Positions 44,843 through 60,000 of a DNA stretch of 64,000 nt are shown one piece after another. The DNA lies in contig JAANOX010000007.1 in assembly GCA_020184695.1 (NCBI GenBank), positions 90,247 through 154,246 on the forward strand. Reading direction: 5' to 3'. Numbering within the stretch: the stretch's first letter is position 1; each line of letters starts with the position of its first letter. The translations under genes and the position numbers were made by a program. Below the pieces are notes generated by a model. The model was not told the origin of the DNA, did not search any database, and was given only the letters and a program-made list of their open reading frames with translations. The DNA comes from Histomonas meleagridis 2922-C6/04-290x (lineage: Eukaryota > Protista > Parabasalia).

Positions 44843-45280
44843 AAGAAATTGCCATAAAACGCGATCCCAATAAAGTGACGACAAAAGTGGTTTTGATGAA
44901 TAAAAATTTGTGATAAGAAGAGAAACATAATGTAATCGAAGAGATACAGAGGTAGAATGCGCTATAACAATAGTAATACCAATGGCAGCCCCAATTTCGG
45001 GACCAAGTGTACGTGATAATAAATAATAACATCCGCCTTCTTTCATTTCTCCATTAGTGGCAATAACACAAATACTTGTAAGTGTTCCAATGGAAACACA
45101 TGTGGTAATAAAATAAAAAAGAAGACTATAGCCCCAACCAATGTTTGAAATCGTACGATGTAAATCAAGGAAATATGTAACACATAGAAGATTATAAAAT
45201 ACAGGAATAAAGACACCAGAAAACCAGTGGAAAGTATGTTTTATATTAATGTGATCTGTTAAATACAGAAATTTCCATCA
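44819..45280 (-). pseudogene. N-terminal fragment of an SLC12 (cation-chloride cotransporter)/amino-acid permease gene, truncated at the ankyrin D junction
   Basis: FHWFSGVFIPVFYNLL...IGWG...IATNGEMKEGGCYYLLSRTLGPEIGAAIG (SLC12 ATNG..GG.YY.SR.LGPE.G motif). Stops after about TM4. Confidence 0.75.
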
Positions 45281-45313
45281 TTTATATTAATATTTATTTA
45301 AGTCACATTATTT

Positions 45314-47717
45314 TTAATCTTCATTGGAGTCTTTTTCTTCACCTTTTTTTCTATTCATTATAAAAAGGGCAAGAAAAGTTATTCCATCAATTACCACAGC
45401 AGCAATTACAATTACAGCAATTGCCCAAGGAGGTGCATCTGTATAAACGACGACAGTACTACTCATTGGTTCAATACCTCCGAATTTTTTATCACCGAAA
45501 TTTACGGTGACAATAACCCCTATTATTACCGAACACTGTTTGTTGTACTTTCCAATCATCAGACAAATATTTTTGATCAGTCATTTCATAATATCCGGTT
45601 AAATAAGAATTTTCTTCTGCAGTTTTATAAGATTGAACGAATCTATTTTTTTATATCTTTCCCAAATTGTTTGATTAAACAAAAACATTGGCGGAGTTCC
45701 ATATAATCGATTAAACAAATCTCTTTTATCCCATTGAGGAATTACTTTCGAATTATGATCTCCCCAATACCAATAACTTATAACACAATCATGATAAACA
45801 AGTTCGAACAAAGGAATTCGTAAAGTTTCATCAACCATATATTGAGTTTCTTCAGGAACATAAGTAAACACTGTTTCTAAATCTCTTCCAGAGTTAGGTA
45901 CTCTATATTCGCCAGGACTCATCATTCCTTCAAAGAAATCGCAATTAGGTATAGCTTGTTCTTTACCATTCTCTGTTCCTACAACAAATCCACGATTTGT
46001 ATATTCCTTTAAAAGTTCGATTCGTGCTTCTAATGACATTGTTCGAGTCATAGGATGATCTGGATGATAACATTCACGATAAGGTGATGCAAATGTCGTA
46101 TCAATAAATCGTGTTGTGAAGTTATAACCAGAAGAAATTTCTTTATCAAGTTTCTTCTTTGCATATTCAGGCGCTCTTAAGTCACATAATACTGGACAAC
46201 CAACTCGTGGACATTCTTCAAGTGTTGAACCTGCTGGACATGATAAATTATTTACTGACCATGAAGTAATTATTTGATTATTTTTCATCAACAATAACAT
46301 CATCAGGAAATGCATCATAAAAATATGCTGTCGAATTACTTACATAACCTTTGATAATATTTTCGGGATCCATTTGATCTTGATAAATATCATATCGACT
46401 TGAAAGGATATTAGTCATATTATTATTCATATAATTAACTTCACTGATTGATCCTCCACCTGATGATAATATTCGTTCGATTCCTAACGATTGCATTTCG
46501 GTATATAATTTGATTTTTATTAATATTAAAACTACCAACAGTCCATACATTAACTGCGCCAATTAATTTATCAACGTTTGGACGAGTTTTTAATTTTCTC
46601 TGTAAATGGTACTAAATATCCTTTTTTTCTTGCGCATATTTTTCGATATCTTTTTGGCTATAGAAACATGATTTCCTTTCTAAAAAGACATAACGAAGTT
46701 TTCGAGGATATGAAAAACGGCCTTTCTCAAGACTAAATCGTGGTTTAATATATAAATATTCTTCATTATAACGGACAACGGCTACTGAACTATCATAAGG
46801 CGTTTCAAATATTATTATCATTGAACTTTGATCATTTGTTTGACCAACAAATCCCATTGATAAACTATAAATACTATAATAAAATTCATCACGTCCAAGA
46901 AGTTCGGTTAAATCAACAGGAAGTGTGATGCCTTCACAGTATGGAAGTACAATACGATCTCCAAGTGAAGAGATAAATGGAAACGGATAATCTGGTGGAA
47001 GAATTTCGGAGTCATTGTTATCAAGAGCAACTGTAGATCGAAATCCATCCTCTAAAAGTTCAATATTAAAGTGAATAAGATTATCTGGTGTAATTGTATC
47101 AATAGAAATTGAACTACTGGTCGTTTTTAAATTTATTGTAGTGCCACCAATAGTTTGTCTACGTTGAGTCAAGTTCGTTGAGTGGTTTTATCATAAATTG
47201 TCATATTTAATAAAAGAGTATCATATGTTAATTTGATGTTTGAATTTTCAAGTTCGACATTTCGAATTGTGGGTGCATCGTAGTGACCAGTTATATCCCA
47301 CTTTATAGATTTAAACTTAAAATTGGTAATATTACTTCCGACAAAACGAAATGTGAAATTACGTGAATTTCCTGGAATAATCCATTTTCTAGTATATGTA
47401 GTATATTCGCCAGGTGAATCAACAACTGGATAAGATTGAAATGACCAATCTGGTTCATTATTAAAATCGTATGGAATGATTTGAAATTTAGCATCTCCTT
47501 TTATATAAAAAACATCGCCAGTAACAGTTACTTCATCACCAGGATGCCATGAGATACGAGGTGATGTAACAGAATAATCTTTTTCACCAATATGTGAAAA
47601 AGAAAATTCATTATCTGTTTGTTGGAGTTCAGTTTCGCAATCTCCTGTTGAAATGCCATTACACCAAGTACTGAAACGAGTAATTTCAGTTAGAGAAAGG
47701 AAGAAAAACAGAAACAC
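45314..47717 (-). CDS. Fragmented surface glycoside-hydrolase-like protein (GH129/GH101-related) with signal peptide and C-terminal TM anchor
   Basis: Pieces: MFLFFFLSL signal; EMQSLGIERIL...SRYDIYQD; FFEGMMS...RIPLFELVYHDCVISYWYWGD...WDKRDLFNRLYGTPP; TM WAIAVIVIAAVVIDGITFLALFIM. Family assignment is from recollected bacterial homologs. Confidence 0.55.
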
Positions 47718-48071
47718 CAGGATTGTCCAAACTGTAAATAAGGTAATTCAATGCAAGAAAAACTTTTCACTCAAAATTCATTATCGTTCTATAGAAAAAA
47801 ATCCATCGGCAGCTGTTTACAGCATCATTTCAAAGCATTACACAACTGTACAACGTTTGCACTTTTTGTCGTTTTTCTCCATGTAAATTATACAAGTTTC
47901 ACACCAAATATTTGGAAACTCATGTCCAGAATAATATATTTGCTTGCGAAGTTTATATTAAAGAAGTAATTACATGAGGACGCATTCGATCTTTTCAAAT
48001 GTTTCCATATTCTTCTGTATAAAACATCACAGTAATTTTAATTAATTTTTTAGTTAAATTTTCTCCTCATT

Positions 48072-51000
48072 TCATCCAAGTTCAGCGAGATTCTTCTCAG
48101 ACTTCTCGAGTATGATACGTGCTCTAATGACTCTTGACTCGAGCTCCAATCTCTTGAGCAAACTTTCCTTTGTTGTTCCAACTCTCACGACAGCGCCGCC
48201 CTTCTTTGCAGCTTCTTCTTGTTTCTTCCTTTGTTCTCTCTTATTGTTCAAAGCAGTTTCTGCGGAGTTTGCTAATGCGTTTGCACCTTTACATATTACC
48301 ACTACGCCTTCTCTCAGTGCCTTTGCTTCAGGTGACTCATTGTTATGCGGCTTTGCGAATTTCTCTCCGATTCCATTTAATCCTTTCATTCTGTCGATGA
48401 CTAAAGTTTCGGGTTCTTCGACTTTCTTTTCTTGTGAAGTAATTTTAGTTGACGCGTCGAGTAATAATTTCATTTGTTCAGTTACTTCTTCAGTTAATGA
48501 AAGATAACTATCGACGCTTTCTTCACTACTTGGATGTGCCTTCGCATGTAACACAACATGATTTACAGAGTCGCATAAAGTGATACCAATTCCTAACATG
48601 TTTGTAGCATATTCACGTGAGATACTTGACTTCATTGTCTTGACTTTATCATTATAAGTTTCTAATGATGATTTAACTTGTGTTAATGGATTTAATACAT
48701 TAGTGAACTTAGCGTTAACTGCATTTTGTGCTTTAGCTTCTTCTTCGGCTATTTCTAATGCCTTTTGCGCGATTTTCTGTGTCTCTTCAATTGCGTTCTT
48801 AATGTTTTCTCTATATTTCGGTGATTGTCCATCCCAATCACCACTTAACATGAATCTACTACGTAATTCCTTAAGTAATGAATCATAATTTACTGCAATG
48901 TTACTACAAGTAGTTGCTAAACCACTTTGCAATTCTAAGTTCATCGATATAGCTGAAACTCTTAATGTTTGTAATACGACATTATCTATAGCTGTATATA
49001 CTTCGTTCATTGAATCTGCTAATTGTGCATTCTTTGCATTAGGGAATAATCCATAAAATGCTTTAGACTTTTGTTGATAAATATTAATATATTCATTTAA
49101 CTTCTTAACTGAATCAATAACTTTCAAATTAGCAGTGTCTTTAGGTACTGATGGCATTACATAACGTTTCTTAAGTTTTTCGGCATTTTCTAAATCAGGT
49201 ACTATAGGTACAGCATCAGTTAACTTATTAATAACACGTGTTAACCCACCAAATGAATCACTTAAGTTAATGAAGTCATGAGTTAAATCAAATAATGCCG
49301 AATCTTGTTTGTTTAATGTTGGATTTTTAGCATTAGCTTTGAATTGTCCAAATTGTTCTTTAATAGTAACAAATAAATTATTAAATTCTTTCTCTGCTTG
49401 TTTATCAGTATTTAATTGTAATAATTTAGTTGATTTAGTTTCTAATTCTTTCATAGATTTCTCTAATTTTTTTCGACTTGTGAATTGAACATTATTTCAA
49501 ATGTTTCGGGGATTTTAGATTCTGCTCTAGCTGTAATAGTTGAAGATAATGATTTAATTACATCAGAAGCAATTCTCATGAATTCTAATTTAGATTTACC
49601 GATATCTGATGTAGGCTTTTTGTTTATAAATTGGGATATTAGTATCTTCCATAATATCAAGCATCGAATCAAACATTCTATTAAATGAACGTGTAGATCT
49701 ACGAATAGAAGTAGAAGAAACTGCAGAAGTCTTAAGGATATCAATCATTGAACGTACTGATATTAAAGAAGAATCGAATATTCTAATACAATCATTATAA
49801 ATCGAATCATTTTTCACATGATGTAACATTTAATCCTTGGAATATAGCTGCTATAGAATTAGAGACATATTCAATGATTTCTGCAATTGCTTGAGTTTTT
49901 AGATGATTTATTTCTATTTTTGGACTGATTCAATTAAATTCTTTGTAGATACACCAATCTTTTGCATAGAATTAGAAATAACTTTTTGGACATCTGTAGC
50001 TGTCTTAAGTTTTTCAATTAATTCATAAGGATTCTTAGTTTCTTTATTAATGATTGTAATTAAATCTGTTCGAAGTTCTGTTAATGACTTTAATAATTCA
50101 GGACTAATCTTACCATGAATTGCATAAGATTTTTCAACTAATGGTAATATCTTATTAATTTTAGGTTCCATAGCTTTAAGATATGAATCATTAGTACCAA
50201 ATGATAATGAATGAATATTTAATCCTTTGAATTGAATAATTTCTTTGTTCATTAAATCAATATCTTGATTTTGTATAGCTTTAGCCATTGAAGCAAAACA
50301 ATTTACTGTTGAAGATATTGGATTTTCATCTTTATTTTCAACTATAGCTGAATCAATATTTTGGAATGTAGAATATAAATCTGCTAATAATTTCCTAAAG
50401 TTAGAAGCTGTTTCTTGTGTAGATTTAACACAAGAAGCGTTTTGTAATGCTTCAATTGATGACATAATGTTTAATGGATTTAATTTAAGTTGAGATTTAA
50501 CTTGAGGTTTAAGTGATGAAGAAACTCTAGAATAAGAAGCTACAAGTTGTGGAGCAATTTCTACTAATTTACGGATTTGATTAGAATAAGAAGTAGATTT
50601 AGAATCATAAATTTGATTAACAATATTTAATGCTTCTTTATTTTCTGCTATTAAAATAGATTTAACTTCTTCTGATGGAATATTATACATTGTAGGGACT
50701 ATAGTAATTAATCCTTGATAAGCTGATGCTACTCTTGAAGCATTTTGTTTCTCACTTGGGATTTTAACATCCATTACTTGTCCAATAATTAAATCATCAT
50801 AATTAATTGATTTATCAAAGAATGATTTAAGTTCATCTGTTAAATTATCTTTTTCTAATTCTGTAACTATATTAATATCTTTAGGTGTAATAGTATCTGT
50901 TAAATTAGTTAATACTGTAAGTCCTCTAGTATTCGTTTCTTTAGTTTGTTTTTGATAAGTTTGTAAAACATCTTCTGCTTTAGCATCAATTGTAATTAAT

Positions 51001-54000
51001 GACTTAAGCATATCTTGATAATCAATAACTTCATCTTGTGTAAATGGATCTGATGTAGCTGTTTCATATGTAGAAGTATTATGAACAAATTCATCTAAAC
51101 CTTTAATACCTTTAAGTTGTTTTAATTTAATATTTTCTAATTTCTCTGTTAAACAAGTACGAGCAAATTGTTCATCTGATAATTTAGATGCTGTTTTAAT
51201 TTTAGTATTAGTTAAAGGTTTAATAGGTGTTAATACTTGAATTGAAGATACTAATGTAGGCTTTTGATGTTCTATAGCTTGTTCAGTAGATTTAATAATT
51301 GTAGTTTGTAATGAATTTGTAACATTAACTAATTTAATACCATTTAATTTAGCATCTTTACTTTCTTTAGATTCATCAGTAATTATTTGTTGTAACATTA
51401 CTTGTTCTACTATTAATTGATCTTTATTAGTATGTTCTAAAATATTATTTAATTTAGAATTATCATTTAAGACTTTAACTTGTTGAATTAAAGAAGAACT
51501 AAACTTAGGTACATCATTAGCTGTAATATTCTTAAGTGCATTATTCTTATCTTCATCTGTAATTGATGCTAACATTGGATTTAAGTCATTACGTGCTTCC
51601 ATTAATTTAATAAGTTTATTTTGAACACCTTTAACTATAATATTTTCTTGAAGTGATTTAACTTTCTTTTCAATTTGATCTGCTTTTTCGATTTGTGGTA
51701 AATCTTTTGTAGACACAGATACTATACCTATACCTGGTTGACGTTGAATGATTGCAGCCATATCAAATATACGTGATTGTTTTTGTAATAATTCTGCTAT
51801 ATAAGGATCGAATTTATTTAATTTAGAAACTTCTTTAACTAATAATGAATATACACGTTTTTGATCATCTTTAGTTAAATTATTAATTAAATCTGTAACA
51901 TTAGATAAATTACTAGAAGATAATTCAATTAATCTTTCTAAAATTGCTCGTGTAGTTTCAAGTTGTTCTGATGAAAATGTAGGTTTAGCTGTTAATATTT
52001 GTTTCGATAAATCAGGTGTTATAGTATTAAATGTTTTAAGTAAAGTTTTAACTTGTTCAATACGATTAAGATTAGTTAATTTAGAATTAGTCTTTTCATA
52101 ACCATTCATAATTTGTGAATCGATAAGTGGTTTAATACCATCTAAAGGTTTAGTAGTCTTTCTAAGTAAATTATTTTGTTGATCTTGTAATTGATTAAAT
52201 AATTGATTCATTTTACTATTTAAGTCAATTGATTTATTAATACCTGGACAATATTTATTAAGTAATTCTGGATTAGTTAAAATAGATTTAATTGCTGATA
52301 ATATTTGTTGTTGTTCTAATAATTCTTGAGCTGAAAGTTGTTGAGTAAGTTGTAATATTTTAGTTGGATCATTAAATTGTGTAATTAATGATTTACTTTG
52401 CATAGATATTTGTCTAGCATTTAATATATTACTATTAGTAGGTTGATTTAATTTAGGTATAATTTGAGCTGCATTCTTATTTGTAGTTAATTGTTTTTGT
52501 TGAATATCAGAAATCTTTTGCATACAAGTTAATCTATTAAGTAAATCATAAGAAAATTGTTGTGCTTCTAATATATCAGAAGGATTAACATAATAATTTA
52601 ACTTTAAGACTTCTGGATTTTCTTTAATAATTTCTTGTTGTAAAGAATTTAATGAAGCAAAAATAGCTGTTTTAGATACATCATCTTTACCAGATTCAGA
52701 TGACATTAAAGATTGACCAAATTCACCAGTTAATAACTTTAATGAATGTTGTAAAATCCTTTGTTGAATAATAATTTGTTCTGGTAATAAATTCTTTTGG
52801 AATGCATTTAATAATTCTGGTGAAGATACTAAATTAACTTGTTTAAGAATATTTTGTTGTTGTTCTAATAATTGATGTGGTGTAATTGGTGAACTAAGTA
52901 ATTGTAAACCTTCTGGTGATTGTACAAATTTAAATAAATCTGGAATATTAACTGATAATTGTTGTTGAATAGTAATTAATTCATTAATTAATGCTAATTG
53001 TGAATAACCTCTTTGAATTGAAGCAGATAAATCATCAGATTTAATTGAAGTATTTGGTAAATTACCTGTTTGAAGTTTATCCATTATAGATTTAAATAAT
53101 TGTTGTTGAATAGCATTAGTTTGTTCGACATGTGATTGAATTGGTAAATCAACATTACGATCGATAGCTTGAGTTAAATTATGTGTTAATAATAATTGTT
53201 GTGATAATATTTGATCTGGTGATAAACGTGATTGTAATTTATGTAATTCTGATGATGATTGTAATGCTTCAAATTGTTGTTGAATAGAATTAATAGAAGA
53301 ACTTGCTTGATCTGAAGTAATATTAGTAATTGGTAATACTTTAGAATTAATTGATGAAATATTTTTAACTACATCTGGGAATTCTGAGATTTGTTGTTGT
53401 TGTAATTGTGATATACGTTGTGATAACATTGTACGTTCTATTTGTGCTATTGTAGAATTTTGTTTATCAGTAGTAGGTTCATCTGTTAAATATATTAAAT
53501 CTTCTAATTTATTTAATAATTCATCATATTCTTTAGGATCAACTGATATTATTGGATCATTTAATGATTGATCAATATTACTTGAATGAAGTGAATGTTT
53601 AGGTAATTGCATTGTTTTACCATTTGATAATTTAATATCTAATTTAGTATTAAATTTATTAGTATCTGAAGAACGTTGTTCATTACTTAATTTAGGTATT
53701 GAAGCTATTAATTTCTCTAAATATTTAGCTGCTTCTTTAACTAAGTTTAATGCTTCTTTATCAGAAATCATACTAAATAATGATTCTAAATCTGATATTT
53801 TATCGATTTCATCAATACTATTATAATCGATTGGTATAACTTTATTTATTAATTCTTCTGATTGTGTTAAACAATTTATTAATGATTCAATATCTATTTT
53901 AGTTTGTGATGGATTTTTACTATCAATAATACTTTTAGCTAATTCTGAAGATTTAATAGATTTTTCATGAACTTCTTTAACTGGTATATTCTTATCTATA

Positions 54001-57000
54001 GCATCAGTTAAGTTTTGTAATAAAGAAGAAATTTTAGCACTACCTAAAGCAAAATCTAAAGGTATTTCTTCAGGATTATTTTCATTAGTATTCTTAATAT
54101 TATTTGTAGATTTAATAGAAGTACATAATGAAGAAATTACATTAGAACGTAATCCTTGATTAGTAAGATTTTGTATTGGACTTTGCCAATATTTAATAAT
54201 TGGTTTAATCTTTTCTAATGCTTGAATATGATTTTGAAGTTGTTTAGTATCATCTGATTCTGGTAAAGCTTTTAATATTTGTGGATATAAATCTGATTGA
54301 TAATTAATTATTAAATTAGATAATTGTTTAATTGTAGGCATATCATAAGAAATACCTCTTTCTTTAAACTTAAGATTTGATACTGCTTGACGTACAAAAC
54401 CAGATAAAGCAGCAGGTAATTTATGAGATTTATCTTTAGATATTAAATCTTCTGTTTTAGATACTATATCATCTATATGATTTTGGAAATAAGCCATCAT
54501 AGATAAATCTGTTTGGAATACCCAATCACTAAAATCTTTACCACAATCTTGTAAAGGTTGTACAATAGGTTTAATAGCAGCAATATTTGAAACTTTCTTT
54601 AATAATAATTGTAATGAATCATCAATATTATGTAATGGTTGATAATTAAAGACTGCTGTAGGTAATGATTGGCATTGTAATATTAATGAAGTATCTGAAC
54701 GTTTAATAGCATTTTGTAATTTAGCTAAATAAAACTTAGTTTCATCATCAAACATATTCGAAAATTGTTCAACTCTTTGTTCTAAGAATTCTAATGATTT
54801 TTCTAATTGTATTAATTGTAATGCTGCTCTAACAGAAGTTTTAACAGCTAATTTCTCATAAAGATCATTAGCTAAACCTTCAGAAGAACAAGAAATTACT
54901 GTTCTTAAAGAATCAGATAATCGAACTAATTCATGAGTTTGCATTGAAGGAGTAATTAATAAAGCAGCATGAGAAATATATACTGGAACTTGTTCTTGAT
55001 GATCATTAATAAATCCTAAATTATCAGTAAGATTTTCAAATAATTCTGGTTCAACTTCATTATTTCTAGATTCAAATGCACTAAATGTTTGATCTGCTAA
55101 TTCTTTAACTTGTTTATCAGATAATATTGGTTTCTTAAGTTTAATAGCATCAGAATATCTAATTTCTACTTTCTGTAATGAAGTATAATCATTTAATAAA
55201 TCAAATAATTTATTAACAGCTTGTAAATAACTTTCATGATCTGGATTTTCTTGTAATAATGGTATTAATAATGAAGTAGATTGATATAATTCATCAAGTG
55301 TCATTTGTAATTTACGAGGTTTATCAATTGATTCTGGTAATATAACTATAGATTTATCAATTGTAGTATCTAAAGTTTTAGAATAATCTAATAATGCTTG
55401 ATTAGATAGAACATCTTGACGTTTAATAAATTCATGTGATTGAGGTTGAATCTTCTTAAGCATTGGTAATACTGTATCAACAAATTCTTTAGAAGTATTA
55501 AGATTAAGATGTGGATTTTCTAATATATGTAATATAGTATTAATATTATCATTAACTATACGTGTATTACGTCCGATATAAGGATCATGAATAATAGGTG
55601 AAATTAATTCTGATGAAGATATTACAAAATTCATTTTTTCTTTTAAGTCTGATAAAGTTTTCATTAATTGATTTTCATCTGCATCTGGTTTAAATTGATC
55701 TATTTTAACTAAACCTAATTGTTGTTCAATTTCTGTTGTAAGTTTAAGTGCATTAGGTCTATCATATAATGTATTAGTATCAACTAATTCTTTATAGAAT
55801 TGACGTAATGATTCAATTTGTTTACCAAGTTTAGGTATTGATTCTGATAATTCTTCAATAGCTTCAATCTTAGCAAATTGTGATGGATCACTCTTAGGTC
55901 TCTTTAATCCTGGTAATTGTCTAATACCATTAATAGCATTATGAGCAGATTCTGCTAATCGACCTAATAATTTAGCTAAATCTTCAATTTCTTTAGGTGT
56001 TAAACATTGTCTAAGATCTGGAGGAATTTGTGCATATTTATCTAATAACTTTAACATTATGTTTTTATCTTCTGTAGCATGTTGAATACCATATTTAGGA
56101 TCATTCAAATGTTCCATTAATACATTATATGAAGTTATAGCATTATCTACCCAATCATTTAGTATAGTTGAAGCTATTTGATTTTGTTTAACTTTAGGAT
56201 TATTTAAATGTCCTTTAAATACATTTGAACATTCATTTAATATTGGGACATAATTACGTATTAAATTCTTACAATCTTCAAATGTAGGAATAATTTCTTG
56301 TAATGTTTCACCTAATACATTAGATAATTCATTAAGTCGATCTTGATGTTTCTTATTAGCTTTAAATGCTTGAACTTGTGATAATGTTGGTGTGATTTGA
56401 ATAAGTTCTTTTTCAAGTTTAGATGCAAGTTTATATAAATTCATATTAGGTTTAGTAGCCATAGCACGTAATTCTTTATCTATTTCATCATTTAATGTAA
56501 TATATTTACCAAAGATACTCTTCAAATTTTCATTTTGTGATATTTCTGGTAATTTCTCTAATTCTTGTAATGATTGTTGGAATCCATCTAAAGCTTTTTC
56601 TAATGCATTTACCATATTTTGTGTAGGTAATCTTCTAAATGGTTCACATTTAGCTTTTCTTATAGCATTTAATGCATCGATAGCCGAAGTTAATAAATGA
56701 TTAGTCATTTGTTCAAGTTGTAAATTATTAGTTAAATCAGATACTTTACGTGATGTAGGTTGAATACGTTCAACAATTTGTTGAAGTTTATTTACTACAT
56801 TTACAGCACTTAAAATATTTTCATTAGCAAAAGGTCTTTCATGTAATTCATCTCTAGTTTGAACTTGAGTTAAATAATTTGTCTTTAATTGTGTAGCTTG
56901 GAATTCAAGTTTTTCATGTAATTCTTTATTAATTTTAATATAAGGATTCTCAGAACTAATAGCCATTAAATTAAGTACACGTGCAGTTTCTCCTTGAAGT

Positions 57001-60000
57001 TGTTGGAATTTCTTTAAATGATTTAGATGTGAAAATTCTTCTGATAAAGGTTGTTCACTTAAAGTAGATTTAACATTAGTAATTAAACGTTCATATAAAA
57101 CAGGATAAGTAGGATCATTAGTTATATCACTTAATTGATTAACAAAACTATGAATTTCAGGTAATAAATCATGAACTTTTAATATTGATTGTTGTGCACT
57201 ATATACACATTGACCACTTGTAGGATTATTCATAAAGTTTGGTAATATTTTATCAATAGTATTTAAGACATCTTTAATTTTTCCTACTGAATGACCTAAT
57301 GAAGTACGTTGATTATCTGTAAGTTTTAATATAATTTCTGGTGGTAATGAAGCATAACGATTCCAAATTGTAGTTAAATCATCGGATACACGTTGAACAT
57401 TTTGTGGTGTAATATTAACTGTACTTAATGAATATAAGATTTTAGTTAATTCAGGTACATCTTGTTGAAGTTTTTGGATGAAACTTGTTAAACCTAATGG
57501 GACATTAGACATTTTAGAAAATTGTTGTTCTAATAATTGATAATTTTGTAATGTATTTTGTAATGCTTCAATTGCTTGTGTACGATTACCATCATTTAAT
57601 GCATCGATATTTAAGTTTTCAAATGCTATTTGTAATGATTGAGAATCATGATCTAATTCTTCTACTTTAGGACGTAAATAAGAAGTTATCGATTTATTAG
57701 AAGCTATTTGTTGATCATTCATTAATTGTGATGAAGTTATTACATTATTTTGAAGTATTTGTATTGCCTTTTCTAATAATCGATGATCACCTGGATAAAA
57801 TTGATAGAATTGTGTAGTTCTATCTTGTTTATAATTATTTAATACATCTGATTTTAATAATGATTCAATTTTTCCAATTAAATCATGATATAAGTTTTCT
57901 ATTTCTGGAATATTAATACCTTTTTCTTTAGCTTTAGTAATAACATTACCAACTGCATTTAATTGTTTTAAGATATCATTTAATTGAGGAATTAAATGTT
58001 TACGCATCATTTCTGGATTACCATTAGCTTTTAATAAATTAGAAGCTATTTGTGTTAATGTAGAAGAAGACATTAATAATTGTTTTGTTAATTGATTAGG
58101 ATTATCAAGGAATTTAGCATATAATGGATAATTCTTTTGTAATTGTGTCACTAAAATTTCTTGTAAATCAGAAATATTTAATAATGCATTAGCTAAACAT
58201 TGATCTTCTCTTAAAGGTGAAACTCTTACTGGTATTACTGAACCTGCATCAGTAGAAACAAATGAATTCCTAAGTTTAATATCTAATGAAGATAAAGCTA
58301 ATTCTAATTTCTTTTTAGCTGGTTCAATAGCAGCTTTAAGTTCATTAATTTTACTTCTAATTTCACCTATATAAGGAGTAATATCTAAATCATTACCTGC
58401 TATATCTTGGAATCTTTTACGTAATGAATCAAGTGAATCTAATAAAGGTAAGAAGATTTGTTTAGTTTCATCATCACAACCATCTAAATATTGTTTTAAT
58501 TGATCATGTAAAAAGTTAAGTTGACCATATAAATCATTAGGATCAGAAGTATTTAATCCATCACTCATAATATTTAATTGATCTAATAAAGCATCTAATA
58601 AACCATCACCACGTTTATACATTAAAGCATCAGAAAGTAATCTCCAATCAATATTATCTTCTTTCTTATTAAATAATTTATCATCATATTGTGTATTTAA
58701 GTCATCAAATGAATCTGCTGGATTTACATCAGTATCATTTAATAAAGCATTACGATCTAACATATTTAATATATCATCATAACCTTCATTAATATCATCT
58801 AATGCTATATCTAAGAAATTAGGGAAATCTCTAAATTCTGGCATATTAAGTAATTCTATTAAATCATTAATAAATGAATAAATTTCTCGTGAATGTTCTT
58901 CTGATTCTATTTCAATATCACAATAAATACCATTTTCATCATTAAATGTTAATTCAACAGTATCTTCATGTCTAAGATAAGAATTTAATTTAGGCCAATA
59001 AATAATACAATATTGTTTTTGTTTTTGTACTCCATTAATAGTAATATTATAAGGTGATAATGATATAGTACATTCTCTTCTAGCTTTCTTGTTGACATTA
59101 ATAATATCAGTATAATAACATTTATAAGTTTCTGATCCATAACCTACTAAATTATTAGCTAATATAATATAACGAACCATAGAATTAATTGGTAACATTG
59201 GTACAACTGAATTTGCTGCTGCTTTAAATCTTCGTAAAGTTTGTTGTTGAACTTGAATATTTAATGGTAATAATTTACTTAAATCATATGTATTCATTTC
59301 TGCTACTTTATTTAATACTTCTGATTGTTGAGTAGATTCTGCATATAAACTTAAAATAGCTAATTGAAATGCTTGTTCTTCAGCCATTGTCATTATACCA
59401 GATAAAGCCATTTGTTTAACATCTCTATAACCTGATCTTAAAGTTTGATAATTCCGTAATAAATCTAATGAGAATAATAAGAATCTTCGTTTAAGTAATA
59501 CTTCCACATAATTTGGAGTCATTAAAGGTATACAATATTTAAAGTCTAAAGGTCTTCTTTCACCTCGTAATACTTCATATAAAGTATAACCTAAATGTGT
59601 ACCTAAATTAAAATGTCCTGCTAATTGTTTACAATGTGTAAAGATATCTCTTCTAATTTCTAATTCTAATTCTGTAACTCGATTAATTGTAGTCATTACT
59701 TGTATAGTTGGTGCTATAGCTATAACAAATAAATATGAATTATCTACTGGATTTACATCTTGAAGTATTTGATCTTGTTCTACCCAATTATATTCATTAT
59801 CTTTTTCTTTCTTCCTACGATGATTTGTTGTCATTATTAAATGTAATTTACGATTAGGATAAGTTAAATCAAATAATGCAATTTTAGCTAATTCTATTGG
59901 ACGAAGATTCTTAGATATTTGATAAGAATTAGGTGAAGGATGATCAAGTTGTCTTTCAATGAACATTTTAACTGAATTATTCTTATTTCGTTCTAATATT

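Noticed and set aside
49455-49915. Euplotes-like programmed frameshifting at AAA-stop sites in the talin-like gene
   Set aside because: The required shifts are mixed +1 and -1 in A-tracts; sequencing error is simpler.
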